From the IMG/VR virus record IMGVR_UViG_3300033068_001655: a stretch of 35,481 nt of DNA, one strand, 5' to 3'. The DNA comes from a virus (taxonomy: Duplodnaviria > Heunggongvirae > Uroviricota > Caudoviricetes). Shown one piece after another: positions 7,560 to 17,265 of the stretch. The notes below the pieces were generated by a model. That model saw only the letters and a list, made by a program, of their open reading frames with translations. It was not told the DNA's origin and searched no databases. The stretch's first letter is position 1; each line of letters begins with the position of its first letter. Made by a program: the position numbers and the translations under genes.

Positions 7560-7975
7560 AACATCTAAGAAAATTTAATGAAGATTCAGAAAGTCAACTT
7601 AATTTATTAAGAGAAGACTTACGTGATTTCTGTGAAATGTATTTAGCTTATCTTATAGATGAAGGATTTGAATTAGATATATCTGCATTTAAAGCAAGTG
7701 ATTCTTGGTCATCTGTTGGTGATAAAACCTTAAAACATCTTGGTCATCCAACAGATTATTTTAGAGTTACTTTAGAAAAATATGATAATTCAGTTTTTTT
7801 ATGGGAAGATGTTGTTGATCACTTGATCCCATTCTTTAAGGTTTTAAAAGACAATTATAACATATTAAAAGTTGAACCAAGCTCAACTGTTCCGTCTATA
7901 AAAAAGGCTGAGATAAATATGGAATTCAGTACAAGACATAACATAAAATATATGATTAAAGAATTGGGGTTCTGA
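7556..7975 (+). CDS. Hypothetical protein, MKHLRKF-E family paralog 2
   Basis: Tandem paralog with an ATGA overlap. Confidence 0.75.
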   Translation: MKHLRKFNEDSESQLNLLREDLRDFCEMYLAYLIDEGFELDISAFKASDSWSSVGDKTLKHLGHPTDYFRVTLEKYDNSVFLWEDVVDHLIPFFKVLKDNYNILKVEPSSTVPSIKKAEINMEFSTRHNIKYMIKELGF

Positions 7976-8025
7976 AACACTTAAAGAAAGAAAACTTTAC
8001 TCTATAACTTTTGTTGTAGGTTTAC

Positions 8026-8343
8026 CTAAATAGTAAAACCATCTGTTCTAAACATATCATTTACCAATTCCACTAAAACATCACCGTGACAACTTTTTGG
8101 TTTACACCAACAACCTAATGTTTTACCTTTTAATTCATGTAAATCATTTAACAAATGTTTTCCTTCACCGTTTGTAATCCATTCTTTATAAGCAACAATA
8201 GCTTCTTTTCTTGAATTAACGATGTATTTAGCTTTTGTTTTTCTATCCTTGATATTTGAGAAAGGACAACCCCATTTGGTTGTCCTATCTATCATAATAT
8301 CATAAGGTTCTTTTCTAAAATGTACTACCTTACATTTACTCAT
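8026..8343 (-). CDS. DUF4326-like protein
   Basis: IDRTTKWGCPF...LHELKGKTLGCWCKPKSCHGDVL signature. Confidence 0.85.
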   Translation of the reverse strand: MSKCKVVHFRKEPYDIMIDRTTKWGCPFSNIKDRKTKAKYIVNSRKEAIVAYKEWITNGEGKHLLNDLHELKGKTLGCWCKPKSCHGDVLVELVNDMFRTDGFTI

Positions 8344-8350
8344 AATTATT

Positions 8351-8677
8351 TTATCGTTTTATCATTGAATAGTATAAATTATTCGGCATATCAATATTAA
8401 AAAATGTTATTAGTGTATATTCTGTATATCTTTTATTTGCTCTATGTTCAAAAACAAATATTTTTTTATCATATATTCTTATAAAAGGACTCTGACAACC
8501 ATTTTTAATAGTATTCTGAATTACTCTTTTAACTTTATTTCGTAAATTACTACGAACATTTTCTTTGGTTTTACCTTTTAAAATAGAATTATTACATAAT
8601 ATGTATAATTCGTCAGAACTAACATGTAATCTTTTATACCCTTGTTGTATAGCGTGTTCAGTTAAAGTAATTTTCAT
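8351..8677 (-). CDS. Hypothetical protein
   Basis: Coupled to the NAMPT stop; begins ITLTEHAIQ. Confidence 0.6.
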   Translation of the reverse strand: MKITLTEHAIQQGYKRLHVSSDELYILCNNSILKGKTKENVRSNLRNKVKRVIQNTIKNGCQSPFIRIYDKKIFVFEHRANKRYTEYTLITFFNIDMPNNLYYSMIKR

Positions 8678-10266
8678 TATGCCACTAATTCCTCATATTC
8701 TTCTTCTAGAACCGTAGCTCTTTGACGAATTTCTTCAAATGTCCAATCAACTAAAAGTTCTCCCATTCTGAAAACTTCAACTAATTCATCTTTTACAGTA
8801 TCAAAGTCTGGATCAGATGATGTAACAGTTCTGTATGAACCATCTTCATTTTTAACTAATTTAAGTTTACCTTTTTTAGATTTCTTAAATGAACGTGTAA
8901 TGTTTCCATCAGCATCCATTTCAGTTGGAGATTTTACCACATCAGTATCTTTACCATCTACAACAGCAAAACAAGCTTTAGTTGCAAAGTTATTTGTATC
9001 ACGGTTTATATCGGCTTGTAAAAGTTTACCACCCATACCCAATGCTAAGTTCTCTGGTGAAATCTTCTCAGCTTTTAACATCGCATAGATTTCTCTAATT
9101 GAGTCTAAGTTTACACCGTCACCTTGAATTACACGAACTTGTGGAGGAAGTACTTTATAACCTTTCTCATTTACAGTATAACCAAATTTATCAAAAAGAA
9201 TATCGAAAATCTCTTTCAAGGTTCTTAAAACGTGACCAGAGTCAGGTCTAATAACTAATTGGTTACCTGGTTCAGCAGGTCTTGATAAAATCAAATCTCT
9301 TAACTCTCCACCCCAATAATCTTTACAAGCTCTAAAAATGTTAAATGAGTCAGATACACAAGCAACTAATCCGGTTGGGAATGTTTTAAGTACTCGTTTC
9401 ATCAATTCTAACTCTCCTTCTTCACCTTTAAGTGTCATAATAGAGTGTTCAGTCGCAGGTATTGATAAACCATAAATGGTATCAGTATTATATATGTCTC
9501 TAACTAATTTAGAAGCGATTACAGTGTCAGAACCTTTGAAGTTGACTAAATGTGCAGACCCACCAATTTTAGCTGATTGTACAGAAGATACACCTCTAAA
9601 TCCAAAGTCATTTAAAACAAAGTCAACTAAGAAATTGATTGTTTTATTATCATATGATGTACAATCTAAAAATGAGTCAGTAACGATTTTTCTTACTTCT
9701 CTTGAAAGTGTAGCAACGGTAATAGGATACCAAACTTGTAGTAAAATACTTTCTAAGAAGTTTGTTAGCCATGCACAATTTTCATCTAAACTTTCGATTG
9801 TGAAAAGTACATTTTTTACATCAACAACAGTTCCTTCTGGAACGGCTTTAATACTAATAGGTAGTTTACCATCATATTTATCAACGATGTAGTCAAACTT
9901 AGAACGATCAAATACATCGTCTCTTCCGAAAACTCCGTATTTAGTACCTAAATAGTCATAAGCTTCATCTACTTCTTCTTTTGTAATAGCAATACCTTCT
10001 AAGTATTGTTTAAGAACAATTTGTAAACCGTAGAATAAAGTTTTTTCAAATTTACCACCACGTGATTCCATATAAGAAATCATTTTGGTCATTTCTGTAC
10101 CATAAAATCGGTGATGTGAGTATTTGTATGCGTCAGAACAAAGAATTAAATTGTCTGGCTTAGTAATAATTTTTGTAAGGTATTTCTCCATACCTTCTAT
10201 TGCAGACCAGTCTCGGTTAGCAATTGCTTTTTGAAGCTTTCTTGTAATTGTTCTTTGTAAGCTCAT
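8677..10266 (-). CDS. nadV: Nicotinamide phosphoribosyltransferase
   Basis: SDAYKYSH, LNDFGFRG, IPATEHS, VSDSFN, VIRPDSG, VIQGDG and GMGGKLLQ motifs. Confidence 0.96.
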   Translation of the reverse strand: MSLQRTITRKLQKAIANRDWSAIEGMEKYLTKIITKPDNLILCSDAYKYSHHRFYGTEMTKMISYMESRGGKFEKTLFYGLQIVLKQYLEGIAITKEEVDEAYDYLGTKYGVFGRDDVFDRSKFDYIVDKYDGKLPISIKAVPEGTVVDVKNVLFTIESLDENCAWLTNFLESILLQVWYPITVATLSREVRKIVTDSFLDCTSYDNKTINFLVDFVLNDFGFRGVSSVQSAKIGGSAHLVNFKGSDTVIASKLVRDIYNTDTIYGLSIPATEHSIMTLKGEEGELELMKRVLKTFPTGLVACVSDSFNIFRACKDYWGGELRDLILSRPAEPGNQLVIRPDSGHVLRTLKEIFDILFDKFGYTVNEKGYKVLPPQVRVIQGDGVNLDSIREIYAMLKAEKISPENLALGMGGKLLQADINRDTNNFATKACFAVVDGKDTDVVKSPTEMDADGNITRSFKKSKKGKLKLVKNEDGSYRTVTSSDPDFDTVKDELVEVFRMGELLVDWTFEEIRQRATVLEEEYEELVA

Positions 10267-10272
10267 AATATA

Positions 10273-11466
10273 TTATTTTACTTTTATTCCTAACTCAATG
10301 TTTTCTTGCACAAAGTTAGTGATTTTTTCTATGTTATCTTTACTTTTGAATAGAATATTTGCACCATGTTTATCTAAATAAACCGCCATTATTCCGTCAA
10401 ATTCTTTCATATGTGTAACAGTATTTATTCCACACTCTAACGAACCACATTGGAATGGACGTTGTTCAGTTACAGGGATTTGACTACCTTCTCTTAATGG
10501 ATTATGTGTATGAATAATACAATCATAATCAGGGTTTTGTTGAAGTATCAACCATTGACTTCTTGCTCCTACAGAAGCTTTTCTTTTACCTTTAACAGTG
10601 AATTTATCTTCTTCAACTTCAACAACAGACATTCCTTCTGTGAAAACTAAATTATGATTAGCTTTTCTTTGTGAAGATAAAAATGACTTATCATCTATTT
10701 TATAACAAAAGTGTCCAGGTGTAAAACCATTACCATTGTTTTCAAGAAAGCCATTATTATCAATTAAGAATTGAATTACTTTTTGAAAAGTATCTGGTGT
10801 TGTTTTAATACTTGTAGACTCTGTATCAACAAAGTTTGATCTATTGTAAGTCAAATCATTTCTCAATAAAGTTATATCAACAAGTTCCTGTAAAGCTTTT
10901 TCACGATCAGTAGTTTCACCATAGATAGTTTCTTCTGGAGTGATAACCATATTATTTCTTGTTACAGTATCATTAGCTAAAACTAAATTACATTTTGTAT
11001 TTTTCATCATTTGAAGAGCAATTAAGAATTGTTCATCACTTGACTTGTTAGTAGTTGTTTTGAAACCAATAAGAAAGATGTCAGGACGTTTTTGACGAAT
11101 CTTAGCAATTACTTTATTAGTTGGTGTGAGTTCTAACGAGAAGTTACCATTAGCAGTTTTTAATCTTTCGGAATGAAACCCATTTTCGATACCGTCAATA
11201 GGTAGAGATTTGAAATCACAGAAAGCAACATTAAGAATGATTGTTCCTACGTTTTGATCTTCAAGTAATTGGTCAATATAGTTTTCTACATCTGAATTAC
11301 TTTTCAGATTAGAATCTCGGTCGGCCATTTTTGTTAAAACTAATTCAGAATTAGGGATTAGTTTGTGTAGTTTGATTGCAGTGTTACCAAAAGCTGGTGC
11401 ACTTAATGCGAAATGGTTTCTAACAGGTTCAAATGTTCCACCACCTAAAATTACTACTCGTTTCAT
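10273..11466 (-). CDS. CoaB-like (DFP) domain fused to class II aldolase-like domain
   Basis: N-term VVILGGGTFEPVR...FLIGFKTT...CNLVLAND; C-term GHFCYK...CIIHTHNP...FQCGSLE...LDKHG. Confidence 0.7.
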   Translation of the reverse strand: MKRVVILGGGTFEPVRNHFALSAPAFGNTAIKLHKLIPNSELVLTKMADRDSNLKSNSDVENYIDQLLEDQNVGTIILNVAFCDFKSLPIDGIENGFHSERLKTANGNFSLELTPTNKVIAKIRQKRPDIFLIGFKTTTNKSSDEQFLIALQMMKNTKCNLVLANDTVTRNNMVITPEETIYGETTDREKALQELVDITLLRNDLTYNRSNFVDTESTSIKTTPDTFQKVIQFLIDNNGFLENNGNGFTPGHFCYKIDDKSFLSSQRKANHNLVFTEGMSVVEVEEDKFTVKGKRKASVGARSQWLILQQNPDYDCIIHTHNPLREGSQIPVTEQRPFQCGSLECGINTVTHMKEFDGIMAVYLDKHGANILFKSKDNIEKITNFVQENIELGIKVK

Positions 11467-11473
11467 AATATTA

Positions 11474-11836
11474 TTATTTTCTTAATTTTTCTACTTTAAT
11501 TAGATGTGCTATAACACTACCCATTTCTTCGGATTTAGTAATAGAATCTAGTTTATTTTCTAACTCACTAACATTTAACTTAAAATTTTCTTTTTTCATA
11601 TAATAACTTACTGTTAAGTCTAAGTTACCAGTATAGTGTGTAATTACTTCAAAAATAGTTGTATAACCAAATTTAAAAGTTAGTAATGCTTCAGAGTTTC
11701 TAGTGATACTTATATCAATAGATGCTCTTAGTATATCTTGTTGACTATTTAGTCCGTCTCTATATTTTTTGAGTAATTTATGTACATCAGTTATATAATC
11801 TGTACCATTACCATCAAAATTCCAAATTTTACTCAT
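11474..11836 (-). CDS. Hypothetical protein
   Basis: Tightly packed operon ORF. Confidence 0.65.
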   Translation of the reverse strand: MSKIWNFDGNGTDYITDVHKLLKKYRDGLNSQQDILRASIDISITRNSEALLTFKFGYTTIFEVITHYTGNLDLTVSYYMKKENFKLNVSELENKLDSITKSEEMGSVIAHLIKVEKLRK

Positions 11837-12288
11837 AAGTATTTTGTTATATCTTCTAAATTTTTAGGACATTCAGTATCGTGATACCACCATACTGCTT
11901 TTGTTTGTAGTCCTTTATAACACTCCATATGGAGCATTGTCATTGGTTTTCCTTTATCTTTTTTTAATACCGTTTTTACTCTACCTATTTCTTGTCCGGC
12001 TTTTACAGTTCTACCTGGTTTTATCTTAGTTAAGACTTCACCGTATAAAAATGTTTTTTGTATTTCTGGATGATAAATCATTACTGCTTGAGTATCGTTC
12101 CACCAAGGAGATTCACTAAATCCAGTGAACTCTATTACACTTGTAACTACACCGTCATACATTGAATAAACTTCTTCATTTTCTTGACAGAATAGATCAA
12201 CTCCAGTATGGTGGTCGTGTTTACGTTTAGCTCCAAAATAATTTTCAGAGTCTAAACTTGGTAAAGTATAATTACTAATTGGCCACAT
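11833..12288 (-). CDS. M23 family peptidase
   Basis: HTGVDL (HxxxD) and MLHME (HxE/HxH-like) motifs. Confidence 0.8.
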   Translation of the reverse strand: MWPISNYTLPSLDSENYFGAKRKHDHHTGVDLFCQENEEVYSMYDGVVTSVIEFTGFSESPWWNDTQAVMIYHPEIQKTFLYGEVLTKIKPGRTVKAGQEIGRVKTVLKKDKGKPMTMLHMECYKGLQTKAVWWYHDTECPKNLEDITKYL

Positions 12289-13289
12289 TATTCTGCGGTA
12301 TAAGTTACGTTAGTTCTTTCTTCTAATCTTTCACCAATTGGCATAAGATTGTTTGAATAAACTTTATCGATAAATGTTTTCATTAAATCTCTGTGTTCAG
12401 GAACTATTCCAGTTCTAATACCATCATAATTACTAAATTTTTGTGCAGGCACCCATTTAACCTCAGCAATATCATCAGATGCTTTTGCAAAGCCGTGGTG
12501 TCTTTCTGCTAAGAATAATGTAGTCATAATTCCAGAGTCTTCACCTTTATATCTCCAATCGTTTACTTTTTGAGAAGTAATATAAGTTAAGTTTCTGTTT
12601 ACTACTAAGTTACCACCAGTTTCTTCATTAAGTTCTCTTAATGCAGCGGCTTCAAAAGAAGAGTCAGAAGTATCAACGAAACCACCGACAAATCTAAATA
12701 ATTTCTCGTTAGGTTTTCTACCTAAAAGGATATTACCTTCACCATCGTGAGCAACAATGTCAACAGTAGGGAAAGTTGTAGGTCTATGGTTAAAAGAAGA
12801 ATAAATAACACCCGCTCTAAAATCATCAGAGTCTAAGGTTTCTTTGGCAACTTCTTCACGGATATTTGTACCGTTATAAGTAACACTTTCTTCTAATTCA
12901 ATAACTGAGTATTTACCAGAGTAGTAAGGAATAAAAGAGTCTCTACTTCCATAGATTACAGTTTTTTTCTCACCGAATGGAATAGGAATAATAGTGTCAA
13001 CATCTTGTGACCATTTTTCGTTATATCTTTGATCTTGAATAGGTAAGATCATAACAGAAGGGAATTCTTTTTGAATCATTGCTTTACGAGAAGCAAAATC
13101 TAGTGGATTTTTACGAGTGTTTTGAACTCTTGATACACCTAAAAGTATGATTACTTTTTTATGATTATCTAATACATAATTGATTAGTGAACGGTGACCA
13201 TCGTGTAGTTTGTTTACTTGGAAGCGACCAATAACAACTGCCACCTCTGCTTCTTTTTGAATTTCTAATTCATTTACTTTTATATTCAT
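12288..13289 (-). CDS. nadM: Bifunctional NMN adenylyltransferase / ADP-ribose pyrophosphatase (NadM-Nudix)
   Basis: IGRFQ...HDGH nucleotidyltransferase motif, NPLDF, and Nudix box GGFVD...AAALRELNEETG. Confidence 0.93.
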   Translation of the reverse strand: MNIKVNELEIQKEAEVAVVIGRFQVNKLHDGHRSLINYVLDNHKKVIILLGVSRVQNTRKNPLDFASRKAMIQKEFPSVMILPIQDQRYNEKWSQDVDTIIPIPFGEKKTVIYGSRDSFIPYYSGKYSVIELEESVTYNGTNIREEVAKETLDSDDFRAGVIYSSFNHRPTTFPTVDIVAHDGEGNILLGRKPNEKLFRFVGGFVDTSDSSFEAAALRELNEETGGNLVVNRNLTYITSQKVNDWRYKGEDSGIMTTLFLAERHHGFAKASDDIAEVKWVPAQKFSNYDGIRTGIVPEHRDLMKTFIDKVYSNNLMPIGERLEERTNVTYTAE

Positions 13290-13427
13290 AATATTTTTAT
13301 TTAACTATTTTCCAAAGAAAACCTTTATACTCTGTTTTATTTCTATTTCAAAAGTTTTTATTTTATAGTACAAAGATACGAAGAATTTTAGTATCAATTA
13401 ATATTATATTATATTTTTATCAAATAG

Positions 13428-13775
13428 TTACATAATTTTAATTGTCATTGTCACTTTAAATCTTTTAATTTTATCATATTTAAACAAAGGAAAGTTTGGA
13501 AACATTTCTCTTTTTGATTTACTCAAAGTTTGGTAGGTTACTATTGCATCATATCTACGTTTCATAAGTTCAACAACAGTTAAAACTTTTGGTTGTATTT
13601 TACTTATTTTAAATTCTGATTTATTTTCTGGGTTGATATAAATTTCTACAAGAATTGAACCATTATATTCAACAATACTTTTTTCTATATTAAAGTAGTC
13701 GTCAACTAGCTCCACAAGAGCACAATCGATAATATTATCGGCATCTTGTCTTATATCTTTTATATTTAACTTCAT
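13428..13775 (-). CDS. Hypothetical protein
   Basis: Start moved to ATG 13775 (MKLNIKD) because a TATATTTG promoter lies at 13780-13787. Confidence 0.65.
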   Translation of the reverse strand: MKLNIKDIRQDADNIIDCALVELVDDYFNIEKSIVEYNGSILVEIYINPENKSEFKISKIQPKVLTVVELMKRRYDAIVTYQTLSKSKREMFPNFPLFKYDKIKRFKVTMTIKIM

Positions 13776-13790
13776 AATGCAAATATACAA

Positions 13791-13818
13791 AAAATCCTCC
13801 AATCGGAGGATTTTTATT
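13791..13818. terminator. Hairpin terminator
   Basis: aaaaaatcctcc-aatc-ggaggatttttt. Confidence 0.75.
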
Positions 13819-13820
13819 TA

Positions 13821-15044
13821 TTATTCTTCATCATATTCTTCATCTTCGTCATTTCGAGGATCAAAGTAGTTACCTTCTTCATCTTCATAACCACCAGTGG
13901 TTGATCTTAATCTTCTGTGGTAACTTTCTTCCAAGTTAGAGATAGTATTATCATCAAGATTAGCAAAAGACATTGTGTCTGTATAAGGATAGAATGGGAA
14001 GTTAGCATCATCTAACTCAACTGTGATCTTTGCTTGTTGTTCTAAAACACCATTTGTAATCGTACATTCGTAATCCATATTTTGACCTTTTTTATACCAG
14101 AATCCTTTAGACTCAGCATATCTTTTAAATAAGTCAGTATCAGAGTCTTGAACTGTATAGATTCTATCCATAAAGTTTATTTTACCTTCGACACCAGTAC
14201 AAGTGGCATCATGCCAAACAATAGATCTACCTTTGATTCTATCAGAGGTATACTTACCATCTTCTAATTTACCATTATCATCGTAAAGGATAACCAATTT
14301 AACTTGTGGGTTCTTTGTATAAATGTCAAAGAATTCTCTTTTAACATTAGCCATACAAGAGTTATTCATAGAACCACCACCTGGTTGGTATTTCTCATAG
14401 TGATACCAGTTAGCAATATCTTCTCCAGATACTACATCAAATTTGTTAGTTGCATCTGCATTAAAGTCAAATGCTGCTTTAAATTGATTAGTAAATTCTT
14501 CAATCTCTTTTGTAGTAAAGTTGATTGTAGCAGAGTTCAAAAGAGATCTGGTAAATCTACCAACTCTAATGTTATTTCTATTTGTTGTCCAAATTTTGTT
14601 ATAATTTGTAGTAGACTTTAAAGTTGCTTTATTTACAACTGTTTGTCTTGCACCATCAAATTCTTGAATTATACAATAGATTTTATCACTAATACGTGAC
14701 TTAGCTTCACCTAAAACGATAACAGTTGTTCCCGTACTAGGACCCCAAGGATCACAATCAGGTTTTTTGTAACCTAAATCATTAAACATGTTAGTATTTG
14801 CAGGACCATGTGTTAAATGTCTTGATTCGTCAGTTGTTAGCCAAAGTTGTGGTAATTTTGAAATGATTTCTTGAACTTTTCTTTCGGGAGTGAAAGAAAT
14901 GGTATCTTTAGTATCAGTAATATCGATGTAATTTTGAGCTACCTCAAAATCTTTATTCTCAAGGTCTAAAAGTATTTTTGCGACACGGTGGTCAATAAGT
15001 TTTAGTAAGTTTTTGAACTTACTAGAGTATTTTATTTGTGACAT
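13821..15044 (-). CDS. Conserved phage hypothetical protein (NSCM...GRSIVW...DRIY motifs)
   Basis: 407-aa ORF with its own promoter and an acidic tail; function not recognised. Confidence 0.7.
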   Translation of the reverse strand: MSQIKYSSKFKNLLKLIDHRVAKILLDLENKDFEVAQNYIDITDTKDTISFTPERKVQEIISKLPQLWLTTDESRHLTHGPANTNMFNDLGYKKPDCDPWGPSTGTTVIVLGEAKSRISDKIYCIIQEFDGARQTVVNKATLKSTTNYNKIWTTNRNNIRVGRFTRSLLNSATINFTTKEIEEFTNQFKAAFDFNADATNKFDVVSGEDIANWYHYEKYQPGGGSMNNSCMANVKREFFDIYTKNPQVKLVILYDDNGKLEDGKYTSDRIKGRSIVWHDATCTGVEGKINFMDRIYTVQDSDTDLFKRYAESKGFWYKKGQNMDYECTITNGVLEQQAKITVELDDANFPFYPYTDTMSFANLDDNTISNLEESYHRRLRSTTGGYEDEEGNYFDPRNDEDEEYDEE

Positions 15045-15105
15045 ATTTTGTTTTTTTGATATAGCAAATATAGAAAATCTTTTTTAATTAAAAAATAAAA
15101 ACAGA

Positions 15106-15333
15106 TTAAAAATCTGTTTTTTTATTAAGGTCTGTTATCGTTGATACTTCACCTCTATATTCTTGTTTGTATTGAGCACAAGGACAAACCCAACACTCTT
15201 CTGTTGCAATTAGTTGACCCCAATTTGGTTGTTTATCTCTTTCACATCCATTATAGGAACAACATGTATAAGGATGAAATCTACCGCTGTTTTGGTGTTG
15301 ATTTAGTATATCAACTTGTTCTTTAGTTATCAT
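15106..15333 (-). CDS. Small Cys/His-rich (Zn-binding) phage protein
   Basis: HPYTCC...C...WVCPC pattern. Confidence 0.7.
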   Translation of the reverse strand: MITKEQVDILNQHQNSGRFHPYTCCSYNGCERDKQPNWGQLIATEECWVCPCAQYKQEYRGEVSTITDLNKKTDF

Positions 15334-15784
15334 TGAATAAGTTATTTAGTTTTTCTTCTCTAAAATCTGATACTGTTTTAATAGTAATTTTACTAAAGTC
15401 ATATTGAACACCATTACTGGAAACAACTGCACCGTTATGGACTTCTTTGACTTTACCCTCAAGTGGTGTGTCACTATATTGTGATTGGTAATAGAATGTA
15501 TCACCTGGTGAAGGTATTTTACCATCAATTGTATATTGTTGTTCTCGTGGTTTGGAACTTACTTTTATGTTTGGTAATTGAGATATTATTGGTGTAATAA
15601 TTTGATTGATTTTTTGATCTCGTTTTTCAACATTTTTTGCAATACTTCTTTCACATTGTTTGATAGCCCAATCGATTTTATCTTCTTTAATAGTTTCAAT
15701 AGAACCATACATCATATTAAATACGGTTTGTTGACCTTTATTTAATTGATGATAAAGTTGATATAAATGTTGGTATCTATGCAT
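15323..15784 (-). CDS. Hypothetical protein with internal and C-terminal R-(D/E)-x-K-(I/L) motifs
   Basis: KRDQKINQII internally and FREEKLNNLF at the end. Confidence 0.7.
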   Translation of the reverse strand: MHRYQHLYQLYHQLNKGQQTVFNMMYGSIETIKEDKIDWAIKQCERSIAKNVEKRDQKINQIITPIISQLPNIKVSSKPREQQYTIDGKIPSPGDTFYYQSQYSDTPLEGKVKEVHNGAVVSSNGVQYDFSKITIKTVSDFREEKLNNLFNDN

Positions 15785-15995
15785 TACAAATTGCTTTTAT
15801 TTTATTGTCTCTTATTTCTTCTTTTGTTAGTTTGGTTCTTCTATTTTGGTCGGAACATCTATAACATCTTGCTCCTTCATGTTGATAATGTAATGTGTAT
15901 GTGTATGAACACTTTTCACAATAGTGTTCATCACATCTATCACATACAAAATCTTCTTCGGTTTGACCGAAACAAATATAGCAAAAATATTTCAT
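15777..15995 (-). CDS. Zn-finger protein with C-terminal motif
   Basis: CxxC, CxxC, CxxC and CxxC pairs; ends IRDNKIKAICNA. Confidence 0.72.
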   Translation of the reverse strand: MKYFCYICFGQTEEDFVCDRCDEHYCEKCSYTYTLHYQHEGARCYRCSDQNRRTKLTKEEIRDNKIKAICNA

Positions 15996-16687
15996 ATATC
16001 TGAATATATTTTTTTTACTAATTTTGGTGATATGTTATCATAAGTGAAATATCCCATTCTGTAGTTTGGATCCGTATGTAAAATGAATTTATCCCCAGAA
16101 GAATCTATTTCTAATAAATCATATTTTTTATTTATTGAATTTATGTTATCTGATAATTTCAAATTATTTAGTAATGTTTTATAATCACTTATATTTTCAA
16201 ATAGGTAAATTCTATCAGGATGTACAGATAATCTTTTTTTAGATTTTGGGTATATACCTTTTTTGGTTATTGAGTTCCAATTATCCGAATATGTTAAATG
16301 ATATAATTTATCTGGACATATTATATCATTTTTATATAATCCATCTGAGTATTTGGCCTCATAATTTATTTCAATACTTTGAATATTCTGAAATTTAATA
16401 TCTTTAAGATATTTAAACCTATTTATCATTCCATTAGTTAGTATAACTGTGTATGATGATGGGAAATATCCTAAGTTATAAATATAGTGATTTATCATTT
16501 CTATATTTTTTACATTTATATTATTAAATATCTTTAGAAAGAAATTTAATTTATCAATTATTTTTAAATTATTTTTAATATCAAGTGAATCCAAATAGTT
16601 TATAATTACTTTATTATAAACTGTTATATCATGTGTTGTTATTAGACCTTCTTTTAATTCTTCTAAAAATTCTTTATATTTTCTCAT
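15992..16687 (-). CDS. Putative ADP-ribosyltransferase/Tpt1-like fold protein
   Basis: LYHLT...NSITKKGIYPK...RIYLF...LLEID...DPNY...YFTYDNISP pattern; N-terminus MRKYKEFLEE. Confidence 0.55.
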   Translation of the reverse strand: MRKYKEFLEELKEGLITTHDITVYNKVIINYLDSLDIKNNLKIIDKLNFFLKIFNNINVKNIEMINHYIYNLGYFPSSYTVILTNGMINRFKYLKDIKFQNIQSIEINYEAKYSDGLYKNDIICPDKLYHLTYSDNWNSITKKGIYPKSKKRLSVHPDRIYLFENISDYKTLLNNLKLSDNINSINKKYDLLEIDSSGDKFILHTDPNYRMGYFTYDNISPKLVKKIYSDI

Positions 16688-16707
16688 GGTTTATTTTAAT
16701 TTTTAAT

Positions 16708-16863
16708 AAAAGACCTTTCTACCCATAAAGAAGAACTCTATGAATATTTCCAAGTAGATAAAATTGTCATTCTACTTTTCAGGGCCTTTGTTGCTTCCCT
16801 CTACCCTAGGGCGGTTAGTTACGATTTAATCTTTCTTTATGGGTCTCTCGTTGATGGTCTTTG
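16708..16863 (-). ncRNA. Candidate structured ncRNA or cis-element
   Basis: Nested stems AAAGACC/GGTCTTT, ACCCATAAAGAA/TTCTTTATGGGT and AAGTAGA/TCTACTT in an ORF-free 350-bp gap. Confidence 0.45.
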
Positions 16864-17041
16864 GATCAGAGCGAGAATTTTTGTAACACCGACATTTCAT
16901 TATATAAAGTTATCAAATATAATTTCTAGTCAACAAATAACCTAAACTTTCATTTAATGGGATAATGACTTTACCATAAGGAATCAAACAATTTTAAGAC
17001 CTTATAGTATATATAAAAAAGTTAGTCTCTCCCTAACAAAA

Positions 17042-17236
17042 TTATAGATATATTTTAGAAAAAAGTTCTTTTGGGTCAATTGACCCTTCTTTCTCTAAGA
17101 ATTCTAATATCCTTTGAGATGGTATGTGGTTACTAGTTCTCCAATTTGAGACACTCACTTTGTTTATAGAAAAGTATTCTTCAACTGATTGCTCATACTT
17201 TTTCTTTATATAAAATTGTAAAAATAAAAAATCCAT
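17042..17236 (-). CDS. Small HTH/Cro-like protein (tentative)
   Basis: VEEYFSINKVSVSNWR...IP pattern. Confidence 0.45.
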   Translation of the reverse strand: MDFLFLQFYIKKKYEQSVEEYFSINKVSVSNWRTSNHIPSQRILEFLEKEGSIDPKELFSKIYL

Positions 17237-17265
17237 ATAGATTATATGGATTTTTTATAAATTGT

